Source: Candidatus Aenigmatarchaeota archaeon (GTDB taxonomy: Archaea > Aenigmatarchaeota > Aenigmatarchaeia > CG10238-14 > SpSt-28). From it: 64,000 nt of DNA. A program made the translations under genes and the position numbers. This document shows positions 27,698 through 37,428 of this stretch, piece after piece (position 1 is the stretch's first letter; each line of letters begins with the position of its first letter). Below the pieces are notes generated by a model, which saw only the letters and a list, made by a program, of their open reading frames with translations, did no database searches and was not told the origin of the DNA. The stretch spans positions 171,469 through 235,468 of the forward strand of contig JAVYPJ010000001.1 of the NCBI GenBank assembly GCA_038733315.1, written 5' to 3'.

Positions 27698-28497
27698 AAT
27701 TTTGAAAACGTTTCTATAAAATCGTTTGTTATTTTTATTGCTTTATCTAGATAACTCCCATCAACTTCTTTTATTTCTTTATGTTCGATTTTTTTCCAAA
27801 GAGAATCTATTTCATTGTATTTTTCTAAATATTCTTTTGAAATTATTTTTTCTTCAATTAGCTTCTCTAAATATTGTGGTATGGTTTTTGGGTCTGGAAT
27901 ATATTGATATTTTTTCATAATTACTGCTTGGATTATGTCTATTACGCAATACCTTAATTCAAATATAAGACTTTTTAAATCGTCTTTTATTTTTTCAAAT
28001 CTTATAATCGATGACCTTTTTTTAACTTCTATAGCCTCTTCACTAGGCATTATTAAACCAAAATTTAACATTCTTTGTGTTGGTTTTAAAAAACCAGAAT
28101 CGTAAATTATAAGACTATATCTTAAAAAGTTAACTAATTCCGGACTACCCTTAGATATTAAGTTCCAAAAATCAGTTATTTTTGTAGTTTGGACATGAAG
28201 CTCAAACTCCTCACCTCTAATTCTAATATTTGTTAATACAGATTCAATATCCTTAGAAGTTTTTAGAGAGGTGTCATCTACAATTATCCATACATCTATA
28301 TCGCTTGTAGGTTTCATTTTTCCCTTAGCTGCCGAACCAAAAATGCTTATCGATTTTATTAAATTTCCGTATTCTGATAGAACTCTCTTAGAGAAGCTAA
28401 TGACTTTTGGCAAAATTTTTTCTCTCAATTGATTTTTTTGTTCTTCGGTTTTTATTTCTAATTCTTCTAATTCTTTTTCTAACTCTTTCAATTCCAT
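27691..28497 (-). CDS. Nucleotidyltransferase (MNT)-HEPN fusion paralog
   Basis: FGSAAKG...SDIDVWIIVDD; degenerate HEPN WKKIEH. Confidence 0.8.
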   Translation of the reverse strand: MELKELEKELEELEIKTEEQKNQLREKILPKVISFSKRVLSEYGNLIKSISIFGSAAKGKMKPTSDIDVWIIVDDTSLKTSKDIESVLTNIRIRGEEFELHVQTTKITDFWNLISKGSPELVNFLRYSLIIYDSGFLKPTQRMLNFGLIMPSEEAIEVKKRSSIIRFEKIKDDLKSLIFELRYCVIDIIQAVIMKKYQYIPDPKTIPQYLEKLIEEKIISKEYLEKYNEIDSLWKKIEHKEIKEVDGSYLDKAIKITNDFIETFSKLC

Positions 28498-28524
28498 AAA
28501 ATAATTAAAAAGTGATAGTAATAT

Positions 28525-28776
28525 ATGACAGTTAGTAAAGATTTGATAATAGAAAAATTAAAAGAAATTATCGATCCTGAATTAGGTTGTGATATAATAT
28601 CGATGGGAATGATAAGTAAAATGAGGATTAAAGGTAATAAAGCATATATAAAAATAGTTCCTACATCCCCTTTTTGTCCTTTTATACATTTTTTTATAGA
28701 AATGATAAAAAATAAGCTAAGAGAAATTGGAATAGAGGCAGAGGTTAAAGTTGATATAGAAAAATTTTTTGATTAG
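28525..28776 (+). CDS. DUF59 / iron-sulfur cluster assembly protein
   Basis: LKEIIDPELGCDIISMG...PTSPFCP. Confidence 0.9.
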   Translation: MTVSKDLIIEKLKEIIDPELGCDIISMGMISKMRIKGNKAYIKIVPTSPFCPFIHFFIEMIKNKLREIGIEAEVKVDIEKFFD

Positions 28777-29462
28777 TTTTTTAAACAATTTGAAAGCATC
28801 TCTATAAAACTTTCCTCTGAGGGAATTTCAGATATCTCTTTTTCTATTCTACCTCTTTTTATTATTATTTTTGGATCGCTATTCATACTAATGTTAAACT
28901 TTTTAGCGAGTTCTGGGAACTGACTAACTTCTACTACAACACTTCTTAAATTTTTGTTTATAAATGCTGGTTTGTGAGATAAAAGAATTACTCGATGTGA
29001 TTTTGGACATATAGATGTTGTAAGTATTAGTATATCTATTTTTCTATTTATTTCGGATATCTTTTTGATTAAAGAATTTGGAAGTATTCTTGTATTTTCA
29101 GAAATAAATTTTAATTCTTCTATGAATGTATTGAATAGAAATCCTATCGGAAATCCTAGAAAAATTATGTTTGGATGTTTTAAGAAAGTTAGTATTGGTC
29201 CTTTTTTGATTGTTTTGGATAAAAAATTATATAACTTTAAAAAATCATTACTTTTTAATTCTTTAATATCTAAATATTTAAAACAAATGTTTTTATTTAG
29301 TTTCATCATTTCTATAGAGATGGTTTCTGCGATGTAAGAGGATTCGTAGTTTTTTTCGTAGTCCAATATCATTAGTATCTCTACTTTATTCTTTACTGTT
29401 CTTTCTAGAATTTTTTTAAATATTGTTTTTTCACTCTTTGTTAAAATGGTTGCTCTCTCCAT
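28773..29462 (-). CDS. Degenerate protein-disulfide oxidoreductase (two thioredoxin-like units)
   Basis: FLGFPIG, TSICPKS, VVEVSQFPELAKKFNI...PK; both CxxC sites are incomplete. Confidence 0.65.
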   Translation of the reverse strand: MERATILTKSEKTIFKKILERTVKNKVEILMILDYEKNYESSYIAETISIEMMKLNKNICFKYLDIKELKSNDFLKLYNFLSKTIKKGPILTFLKHPNIIFLGFPIGFLFNTFIEELKFISENTRILPNSLIKKISEINRKIDILILTTSICPKSHRVILLSHKPAFINKNLRSVVVEVSQFPELAKKFNISMNSDPKIIIKRGRIEKEISEIPSEESFIEMLSNCLKN

Positions 29463-29496
29463 AGAATATTTAATTATTGCTTCAACCCCTATATAT

Positions 29497-30708
29497 TTAC
29501 AAATTTAGAATTGATAAAACGAAACTATAATAACCGGAATATATTAATATAGTTGGTAAAATGAGGCTACCCATTAAGTAACTTCTTTTAATGTTAGAAA
29601 AAATTGTTATTAAGGATAGAAAGAAAGAAGTCAGCAGAATTAAAACTCCTATAAGACCTGAAAAATAAAACACTATCAAAAAGATTAAAATAAATATTGA
29701 AACATTTAGAATTTTAAAATTTATTTTTTGAAAAAACCTGAAAAGATTTTTATAAAAAAGTAAGAATAGAATGGATGAAAAGAAGGTAGAAATAGTGAAG
29801 ACAGAAAGCATTAAGATAAAAATTTCATATGTAGCTTTTCCAAACGTTTGTTCCAGATAAACGCTTAATCCACTTCTTGGATTTCCTATGGTATACGAAG
29901 ACGTCGCGGAAAAAATTTCGTTAGAAAAAGAAACTCCAGAATTTAGAAATATAAACATTCTGTCATTAAGAATTGGTTGAAAAATTAAAATTATTTGAGA
30001 TGTTCCTAAGGATGGTAACAATCCTGCAAACATTCCTAAAAACAAAGATAAGAAAATTCCTATTAATACACTCTTTTTATTTATCTTTATCTCAACATCC
30101 TCTTTTTGGATTTTCAAAAAATTCTCCTTTTGAATTAAATTTATAAATATTTGCGACATTGCAAAAAACCCGCTGAAAATAGCTAAAACAGCTTTATTGA
30201 AATCTATTAAGTTAAACGAAATAAGACCTAAGAATCCGGATAATAAAAATATTATAAAACTTTTAGCTTTTTCCTTTTCCAAAAAGAAAATTATATATAA
30301 CACTATTAACATTATTAGAGCTATGTAATCGCTTACTTTTAGTATTATTGATGAAATGTATTGATGTAAAAAAAGAGCGATGATTGTTGAAGTCGGAACT
30401 ACTAAAATTGCAGACAGAACATAAATCCTTAGAGCTTCTAACAATAGACCTTCTTTTGCGAGTCTTTGAGAGGGCAGTGTTGAAAGAGATAATTCTTCTG
30501 GTGGAGAAGATAAAAGATAGCTAGAAATCGCATTTCCAAAATTTTGGGAAATTGCTAGGGAAACAAGAAAAGTTATTGCTATAATTTCGTTTTGGAATAA
30601 AAATAGTAGGAAAACTGGAATTAATATGTTTTGATGTAGTGCTGGTACTAAGCCACTAAAAAATCCAATTATGCTACCTAAGAAGCAAAAGAGTATTATC
30701 TCAATCAT
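29497..30708 (-). CDS. Tripartite tricarboxylate transporter TctA-like permease (DUF112)
   Basis: GFFSGLVPALHQN, LSTLPSQRL, GNPRSG; polytopic. Confidence 0.82.
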   Translation of the reverse strand: MIEIILFCFLGSIIGFFSGLVPALHQNILIPVFLLFLFQNEIIAITFLVSLAISQNFGNAISSYLLSSPPEELSLSTLPSQRLAKEGLLLEALRIYVLSAILVVPTSTIIALFLHQYISSIILKVSDYIALIMLIVLYIIFFLEKEKAKSFIIFLLSGFLGLISFNLIDFNKAVLAIFSGFFAMSQIFINLIQKENFLKIQKEDVEIKINKKSVLIGIFLSLFLGMFAGLLPSLGTSQIILIFQPILNDRMFIFLNSGVSFSNEIFSATSSYTIGNPRSGLSVYLEQTFGKATYEIFILMLSVFTISTFFSSILFLLFYKNLFRFFQKINFKILNVSIFILIFLIVFYFSGLIGVLILLTSFFLSLITIFSNIKRSYLMGSLILPTILIYSGYYSFVLSILNL

Positions 30709-31078
30709 TTATAATCTTTATGTTTTTTGGGTTTTGTAAAATAATTTGTAGATTTTCTCTATATACACTTAAAATTCCTATAACTTCTATTTTCGCATCT
30801 TTATATATCTTATTCTCTATAAACTTGAAGACATTAGGAAAAATTGTTATTGTAAAGTTTTTAATACCATCAGAAATTATTATATAATTAACTTTTTCTT
30901 TTTTTATTATTTCGACAACACTTCCAGATACCCTAATTTTTCTACCTAAGAAATCTTCTGATATTTTACTAGGGGTTAGCTCTATAGGGATCTGTATATA
31001 AGAAAAGTATAATAGAATCGACATACCGATTATGAATGAGAGAAGTGAAAAAAATATTATTGTTTTTTCAAAATTCAT
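30701..31078 (-). CDS. Membrane-anchored OB-fold protein
   Basis: N-terminal TM; GRKIRVSGSV...ISDG...IEVIG..SVYRENLQI. Confidence 0.75.
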   Translation of the reverse strand: MNFEKTIIFFSLLSFIIGMSILLYFSYIQIPIELTPSKISEDFLGRKIRVSGSVVEIIKKEKVNYIIISDGIKNFTITIFPNVFKFIENKIYKDAKIEVIGILSVYRENLQIILQNPKNIKIIND

Positions 31079-31111
31079 AATTTTATCTTATGATAAGAAG
31101 AATTTTTATAT

Positions 31112-31183
31112 GGGCCGGTAGCTCAGTGGAAGAGCGCTCGCTTGGCATGCGAGAGGCCGCGGGTTCAAATCCCGCCCGGTCCA
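31112..31183 (+). tRNA. tRNA-Ala(GGC)
   Basis: Cloverleaf; anticodon arm CTCGC-TTGGCAT-GCGAG. Confidence 0.97.
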
Positions 31184-31184
31184 A

Positions 31185-31595
31185 TTAGAATTTTATAATT
31201 TCATTAATTAAGCAGGGACAAACTCTTTTTACTCCTTTTAATGATGAAATTTTTTTGTGTAGCTCATTTATCTTATTTATATCTTCAGAGATTACTTCTA
31301 TTAATATTGTATGATCTCCGCTTGAAAGATATATAGTTACTATTTCCTTAATTTTTTTTAACTCATCTAAAACTTCAATCAGTTTTTCTGGCTCTACGTC
31401 TATGCCAGTAATAGAAAAACACATGTTTGCTTTCTTGTAGTTTAAAATTGGTTTGTTTCCGAGTAATATGTTTTCTTCTTTTAGTTTTTGAATTTTTTTT
31501 CTCACGGCTACTTCAGAGACATTTAATCTTTTGGCAATTTCTTTTTTTGAAATTTTTTCTATAACTAGCATTTTTATTAAATCATTTTTTTCCAT
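31185..31595 (-). CDS. Lrp/AsnC family transcriptional regulator
   Basis: EIAKRLNVSEVAVRKKIQKL HTH; SSGDHTIL RAM domain. Confidence 0.92.
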   Translation of the reverse strand: MEKNDLIKMLVIEKISKKEIAKRLNVSEVAVRKKIQKLKEENILLGNKPILNYKKANMCFSITGIDVEPEKLIEVLDELKKIKEIVTIYLSSGDHTILIEVISEDINKINELHKKISSLKGVKRVCPCLINEIIKF

Positions 31596-31624
31596 AAAAG
31601 AATTTTGATTATAAATTTAAATAG

Positions 31625-31654
31625 TATTTTATCATAACGATAAAATATTTTATC
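31625..31654. promoter_or_regulatory. Overlapping inverted repeats in the Lrp/peroxiredoxin divergent promoter (candidate operator)
   Basis: TATTTTATC-N5-GATAAAATA and perfect palindrome GATAAAATATTTTATC. Confidence 0.5.
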
Positions 31655-31694
31655 AAAAAGAAAAATATTTATATCTTTTTGTAATCATATATTT

Positions 31695-32357
31695 ATGCAA
31701 CAGGAAAACTGCTTAATAAGAATTGGAGAGAAGCTGCCAGAAATGAAAGTAATGACAACAGATGGTATAAAAAACTTACCAGATGACTATAAAGGAAAAT
31801 GGTTAGTATTGTTTGCACATCCAGCAGATTTTACACCTGTATGCACTACAGAGTTTGTCGCTTTTCAGAAAAGGTATGAAGAATTCAAAAAATTAAATAC
31901 AGAACTTTTAGGGTTAAGTATCGATCAAGTTTTTAGTCATATAAAATGGATAGAATGGATAAAAGAAAAGATAGGATTAGAAATAAAATTTCCTATAATA
32001 GCGGATGATTTGGGAGAGGTTTCAAAAAAACTAGGATTAATACATCCGGCAAAAGGGACCAATACGGTTAGAGCAGTTTTTATAATAGACCCAGAAGGTA
32101 CTGTAAGGGTAATACTATATTATCCGCAAGAGATAGGTAGAAACATCGATGAAATATTAAGGATTATCAAAGCTTTACAAACTAGCGATAAAAATAAAGT
32201 TGCTATTCCAGCAAATTGGCCAAACAATGAATTAATAGGGAGTAAAGTAATAATACCACCTCAAAAAACATTAGAAAATGCTAATTCAATGTTAGAAAAG
32301 ATAAAGAAGAAAGAAATAGAAGGTTTTGATTGGTGGTTTGCGTTTAAAGAAGTTTAA
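31695..32357 (+). CDS. Peroxiredoxin (Prx6 subfamily)
   Basis: [27 protein letters not shown]. Confidence 0.95.
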   Translation: MQQENCLIRIGEKLPEMKVMTTDGIKNLPDDYKGKWLVLFAHPADFTPVCTTEFVAFQKRYEEFKKLNTELLGLSIDQVFSHIKWIEWIKEKIGLEIKFPIIADDLGEVSKKLGLIHPAKGTNTVRAVFIIDPEGTVRVILYYPQEIGRNIDEILRIIKALQTSDKNKVAIPANWPNNELIGSKVIIPPQKTLENANSMLEKIKKKEIEGFDWWFAFKEV

Positions 32358-32365
32358 CTCTTTTT

Positions 32366-35215
32366 TTATTTTTTTATTTCTACAAAAATTTCTTCAAACT
32401 CAACACTTAATTTATCTTTATTCACATTTCCAAATTCTATTTTTGAATTTGTCTCCTTTTCAATGAATTCCATATTTTTTTCTATTAATTTCTTAGTCTC
32501 TTCATTTTTTACATTCAACACCAAACATATTTTTTCATCCACTTTTAGATTCTCTTTTTTTCTCAATTCTTGAATAGCTCTGGTAATTTCTCTTAGCAAT
32601 CCAATCTCTTTTAGTTTTCTATCAATTTCTTTATTTAGATAAATAATATACTCATCAGCTTCAACCTTTTCATATATCTCTTTTTCTTCTATTCTCTCAG
32701 AAAAAACAATTTTTTGAACGTTGGTCAAAAGTAATATAATTCTTTTTACTTTCTTTACTTTTTTTATTTCTTCTTTCTTTGGAATTATTATAACTTCTTT
32801 CAGTGGCTGTCTAATTTTTATTTTTGCTTTGTTTCTAGCCTCTAAAATATCTTGTGAAATCTTTTTAGCGATTTCTACTAAGTTTTCTAGTTCATTATTA
32901 ATTAGAGATTTTTTTGGTTTTGGAAAGTCTTCTAGATGAATACTTTCTGAATTCTTTATTAAGCCTATTTCTTGGTAGAAATGTTCAGATAAAAACGGAG
33001 TTATAGGAGCTAGAAGTTTTAGCGATTTTTCAGCGGTTTCTAATAAAGTATACATAGCACCTTCTTTATCTTTACCTTCGTAATTAATCCAAACCCTATC
33101 TCTTATTAATTTAATGTAAAATCTAGATACTTCTTCAACTAGAAAATCAATTAGTTTTTTATTTAGTGTAAAGAGTTTATCTAATTTATAGTTTTTTAAA
33201 GCTTCGTTATATTGAAGAATTAGATTATTTAGTTTTGAGAGAATATACTTATCTTCTATTTTTAAGTGTTTTTTCTCTGCCTTTTTGTTTACATACATTT
33301 TTACAAAACTAAGAACATTTCTTATTATGTTAATTTTTCTATTGAGCTCTTCAATTTCTTTCCAATCAAAATAATAATCTTCCCATGGAAAACCAATAAG
33401 GAAAAATGCTCTTAATACATCTCTTCCATATTTTTCAATAACCTCTTCTGGAGCTACTATATTTCCCAAACTTTTACTCATTTTTCTTCCATGTGCGTCT
33501 AAAACAAAACCATGCATTATAATTCTTTTATATGGTGCTTGATCGAAAGTCATATAGCTAGTAATGATTTGTGAATTCCACCAACCTCTAATTTGATCTG
33601 GACCTTCTATTTCTAATTGTACTGGCCAGAATTTTTTAAAGAGTTTTTTATTTTTATGTAAACCTATAGATGCCCAAGGGGCAACTCCGCTATCGAACCA
33701 AACATCTAATACATCTTTAATTCTTTCCATCTCGCTTTTACATTTTTCACATTTTAGTTTTATTTGATCAATATATGGTCTATGTAAATCTTCTATTTTT
33801 ACTCCTAATTCTTCCATGCTACCAATTACTTTAATGTTTTTACAATTTTTACATTCCCAGATTGGTAATGGAATGCCCCAGTATCTTTGTCTAGAAATAG
33901 GCCAATCGGATAAGTTTTGTAGCCAATCTTTCATTCTATACTTTACAGCTTCTGGAAACCAATTAACTTTTTCATTTTCTTCTAATAGTTTATCTCTAAA
34001 CTCTGTAACTTTGAAAAACCATTGTTCTATGGTTATCATATATAGCTGGCTTTTGCATCTCCAGCATATAGGATAATCGTGTCTTATTTTTCCTTCTTTT
34101 AATAAAGCATTTCTATCTTTTAGTAATTGTATTACCATTTGATTAACCTCTTTTATTTGTTTTCCTTTGAAAATACCAAAATTAAATGTTGCATCAATAT
34201 TTACAGAGTTAATTATAGGTAAATTATATTCTTTACATACGCTATAATCTTCTTTTCCGTGTGCTGGTGCTGCATGAACTAAGCCGGTACCCTCTGTTAA
34301 ACTTACAAACCTTTCACTAAGAATCACTCTATATATCTTAGACTTATCGAACTCTAATAAATCGCTAAATGGATGCTCGTATTCATGTAACTCTAATTCT
34401 TTTCCTTCAAACTCTCTTATTACTTCATATTTCTCCCAATTTAATTCGTTTGCAACTTTTTCTAATAAATCCTTAGCAATTATATAGATTTTATCGTTAA
34501 CTTTAACTTCTGCATATATTGCGCTAGGTTTAATCATTATAGCTTCATTATCTATTAATGTCCATGGTGTAGTAGTCCATATTACTAAGAATTTATCTTG
34601 GTTTTTTAGCTTAAATGCTACATATATAGAGGGGTCTTCAACTTCTTCGTATTCTATTTCGTTATATGCCAAAACAGTTTCGCATCGAGGACAAACATGA
34701 ACAGGATAAAACCCTTTAAATAAATAACCCTTTTCAAAAGCTTTTTTGAATGTATACCATGCACCCTCTATATATTCGTTTGTTAAAGTTAAATATGGGT
34801 TTTCGAAGTTCATCCAAACACCTAGATTTTCGAATTGAGAGCTCATTATTCCTATAAACTGTGTTGCGAAGTTTTTAGCTTCTTTTATAAAGTTTTCTAC
34901 TCCAAAAATTTCGATATCCTTTTTTGTTTTAAATCCTAATTTTTTTTCTACCTGATATTCTATTGGCAATCCATGAGTATCGTAGCCAGCTTGATCCCAA
35001 ACATTAAATCCAAACATTTTGTATATTCTAATGAAATAATCCTTTAAAATTTTATTTAGTGCAGTGCCCATATGGATATATCCAGTAGCATATGGAGGCC
35101 CATCCAAAAAATAAAATATTTTTTTGTTTTTGAGCTTTTCTTTTTGTTTTAAATATATCTTGTTTTCTTTCCAAAAATTAAGGACTTTCTCTTCTAAGTT
35201 TTTAAATTGTGACAT
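32366..35215 (-). CDS. ileS: Isoleucyl-tRNA synthetase
   Basis: DGPPYATG.IHMG, WTTTPWTL, ISRQRYWG, KMSKS. Confidence 0.97.
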   Translation of the reverse strand: MSQFKNLEEKVLNFWKENKIYLKQKEKLKNKKIFYFLDGPPYATGYIHMGTALNKILKDYFIRIYKMFGFNVWDQAGYDTHGLPIEYQVEKKLGFKTKKDIEIFGVENFIKEAKNFATQFIGIMSSQFENLGVWMNFENPYLTLTNEYIEGAWYTFKKAFEKGYLFKGFYPVHVCPRCETVLAYNEIEYEEVEDPSIYVAFKLKNQDKFLVIWTTTPWTLIDNEAIMIKPSAIYAEVKVNDKIYIIAKDLLEKVANELNWEKYEVIREFEGKELELHEYEHPFSDLLEFDKSKIYRVILSERFVSLTEGTGLVHAAPAHGKEDYSVCKEYNLPIINSVNIDATFNFGIFKGKQIKEVNQMVIQLLKDRNALLKEGKIRHDYPICWRCKSQLYMITIEQWFFKVTEFRDKLLEENEKVNWFPEAVKYRMKDWLQNLSDWPISRQRYWGIPLPIWECKNCKNIKVIGSMEELGVKIEDLHRPYIDQIKLKCEKCKSEMERIKDVLDVWFDSGVAPWASIGLHKNKKLFKKFWPVQLEIEGPDQIRGWWNSQIITSYMTFDQAPYKRIIMHGFVLDAHGRKMSKSLGNIVAPEEVIEKYGRDVLRAFFLIGFPWEDYYFDWKEIEELNRKINIIRNVLSFVKMYVNKKAEKKHLKIEDKYILSKLNNLILQYNEALKNYKLDKLFTLNKKLIDFLVEEVSRFYIKLIRDRVWINYEGKDKEGAMYTLLETAEKSLKLLAPITPFLSEHFYQEIGLIKNSESIHLEDFPKPKKSLINNELENLVEIAKKISQDILEARNKAKIKIRQPLKEVIIIPKKEEIKKVKKVKRIILLLTNVQKIVFSERIEEKEIYEKVEADEYIIYLNKEIDRKLKEIGLLREITRAIQELRKKENLKVDEKICLVLNVKNEETKKLIEKNMEFIEKETNSKIEFGNVNKDKLSVEFEEIFVEIKK

Positions 35216-35274
35216 ATTTAATTTTTTTGCTGTTAAAAAATAAAAAGCATATTTTTAGAGCAAAAATAATATTT

Positions 35275-35547
35275 ATGGGGATGTTTGATATGTTTAAAAA
35301 GAAAGAGAAAAAAGAAGAATTTATTCTTGAGGGAATAGAAAAGCAAAGTTTTTTACCAAAACCTTCTCTTGAAGTACCTTTACCAGAAAACGTTCAAGCT
35401 AAGCAAACAACAGAAGCACCTTCTCAACAAATTGATAAAATTTCTTTAATAGAATCTAAGTTAGAAAATTTGAGAATATATTTAGAAATGATAAATTCAA
35501 AGTTAGATAGATTAGAGGCTTTATTAAAGTCAAAAGGATTTATTTAG
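35275..35547 (+). CDS. Hypothetical protein with a C-terminal coiled coil; likely start at 35275
   Basis: MGMFDMFKKK...ISLIESKLENLRIYLEMINSKLDRLE. Confidence 0.65.
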   Translation: MGMFDMFKKKEKKEEFILEGIEKQSFLPKPSLEVPLPENVQAKQTTEAPSQQIDKISLIESKLENLRIYLEMINSKLDRLEALLKSKGFI

Positions 35548-36122
35548 GTTGCAATCCATTGGCATCTATTATCTACGCACAAACACTTATAATTTTTAAG
35601 ATTTTCATAGCATTGTTTCCATATGCATATCGATATTTTTTCGTCCGATACGTTTCCGCAGATTTCTCCAGAGCAGCCACCGATTTTGCAATCAAAGTTT
35701 GAGTTACAATATGAATAAGTAGATATTCCACAGAATTCTTTTTCCAAAACTATTTCTTCCTTGCTATAGCTTATAAATAATATTTTTTTGTTCTTTTCGG
35801 CATTAAAAATTTTTATTATTTTATTGCATACGCATCTACAAATTTTTCCATCCTTTTCTATTTCGAGGATTTTGTAATAATCCTTTTCTTCACTAATTAT
35901 TATTTCGTCGCTACAGCAATTAACTACTATATTAGCTATTATAGTGTTGTTTTTTTCGTCAAAATAATAGTAGTTTAAATATTTCCCAAAATCTTCACAT
36001 TCCGAAACTTCGTATTTAATATTCTTTTTTTCTCCTATTAGCTTATCGATGGTATAAATGGAAAAAATATAAGCTAATACTAAAATTAATATTATTAAGT
36101 ACTTTAGATTTTGACTATTCAT
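35544..36122 (-). CDS. Membrane-anchored Cys-rich surface protein with an eight-cysteine-cluster domain
   Basis: FCGISTYSYCNSNFDCKIGGCSGEICG...C..C.C...C. Confidence 0.75.
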   Translation of the reverse strand: MNSQNLKYLIILILVLAYIFSIYTIDKLIGEKKNIKYEVSECEDFGKYLNYYYFDEKNNTIIANIVVNCCSDEIIISEEKDYYKILEIEKDGKICRCVCNKIIKIFNAEKNKKILFISYSKEEIVLEKEFCGISTYSYCNSNFDCKIGGCSGEICGNVSDEKISICIWKQCYENLKNYKCLCVDNRCQWIAT

Positions 36123-36183
36123 AAAAAGTGTAGTATTGGTAGATTTATAAATTTTGAAATTTTTAAATATTTATTGATAAAGT

Positions 36184-37428
36184 ATGGGTTTTGCTAAAAT
36201 AATAATAGGAGATAGTAGAAGGATGGTAGAATTAGAGGACAGTTCTATAGATTTAGTTGTTACTTCCCCACCATATTGGCATATTAAAGATTATGGTGTA
36301 GAAGGACAAATAGGTTATGGTCAGTCTTTGCACGAGTACCTTAAGAGTTTATATTTAGTTTGGAAAGAATGTTTCAGAGTTTTGAAGCCCGGATCTAGGT
36401 TATGTATAAATATAGGAGACCAATTTTTGAGAAGTATAGTCTATGGAAAATATAAAGTAGTACCGCTTCATTCTGAGTTTATAGTACAGTGTGAAAAAAT
36501 AGGGTTTGATTATATGGGTTCTATAATTTGGCAAAAGAAGACAACCATGAATACTACAGGTGGGGCTAACGTTATGGGATCTTATCCTTATCCGCCGAAT
36601 GGTCTTATAGAGATAGATTACGAGTTTATTCTTATTTTTAAAAAACCTGGAAAAAAGATAGCTCCTTCTGAGGAGATAAAAGAGAAATCGAAACTTAGTA
36701 AAGAGGAGTGGAAAGAGTATTTTTCTGGACATTGGTATTTTCCTGGAGAAAGACAAATAGGCCATGAAGCTATGTTTCCGGAAGAACTGCCTAAGCGTTT
36801 AATTAAGATGTTTACCTTTATTGGCGATATAGTTTTAGATCCGTTCCTCGGAAGCGGAACCACGATTAGGGCAGCTTTAAACTTGAATAGAAACGGCATA
36901 GGTTATGAAATAAACGAAAACTTTTTACCGATAATAAAGAAAAAAATAGGTCTAGGGGAAAGTTTACTTACCATAGATAAAAAGATAGAAATAATTAAAA
37001 GAGAGAGGCCAATTGAAATAGAAGAGAGTATAGAATACGTTCCGAATATAAAAGACGCTAAACCTAAGGTCAATCCAAAACTATTTAGATTTGAAAATGA
37101 TAGATTGTACAAGGTCACAAAAATTTTAAGTGAAGATACAATAGAGTTAGATACCGGATTAATAGTGAAACTATTAGGTTTAAAAATATTAAGGAAGGAA
37201 GAGGCTAGAAGCTATCTTGAGAATTTTGTAAAAGGAAAGTATGTTTTTCTCAAGTTCGATCCTTTATATAAACCAGATGATAAAACTGTACAGGCATATG
37301 TTTTTCTGAAAAATAAAATTTTTATAAATAAAGAAATGATTAAAAAAGGGTTAGCTAAGGTGGAAGACCGTAATTTTTTATATAAGGAAAAGTTTTTGAG
37401 TATAATTCAAAATAGTAAAAATGGGTAA
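36184..37428 (+). CDS. Site-specific DNA amino-methyltransferase (beta class) with a C-terminal SNase-like OB domain
   Basis: TSPPY precedes HEAMFP and DPFLGSGTT; C-terminal SEDTIEL...VKLLG...AYVFL...INKEMIKKGLA. Confidence 0.92.
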   Translation: MGFAKIIIGDSRRMVELEDSSIDLVVTSPPYWHIKDYGVEGQIGYGQSLHEYLKSLYLVWKECFRVLKPGSRLCINIGDQFLRSIVYGKYKVVPLHSEFIVQCEKIGFDYMGSIIWQKKTTMNTTGGANVMGSYPYPPNGLIEIDYEFILIFKKPGKKIAPSEEIKEKSKLSKEEWKEYFSGHWYFPGERQIGHEAMFPEELPKRLIKMFTFIGDIVLDPFLGSGTTIRAALNLNRNGIGYEINENFLPIIKKKIGLGESLLTIDKKIEIIKRERPIEIEESIEYVPNIKDAKPKVNPKLFRFENDRLYKVTKILSEDTIELDTGLIVKLLGLKILRKEEARSYLENFVKGKYVFLKFDPLYKPDDKTVQAYVFLKNKIFINKEMIKKGLAKVEDRNFLYKEKFLSIIQNSKNG

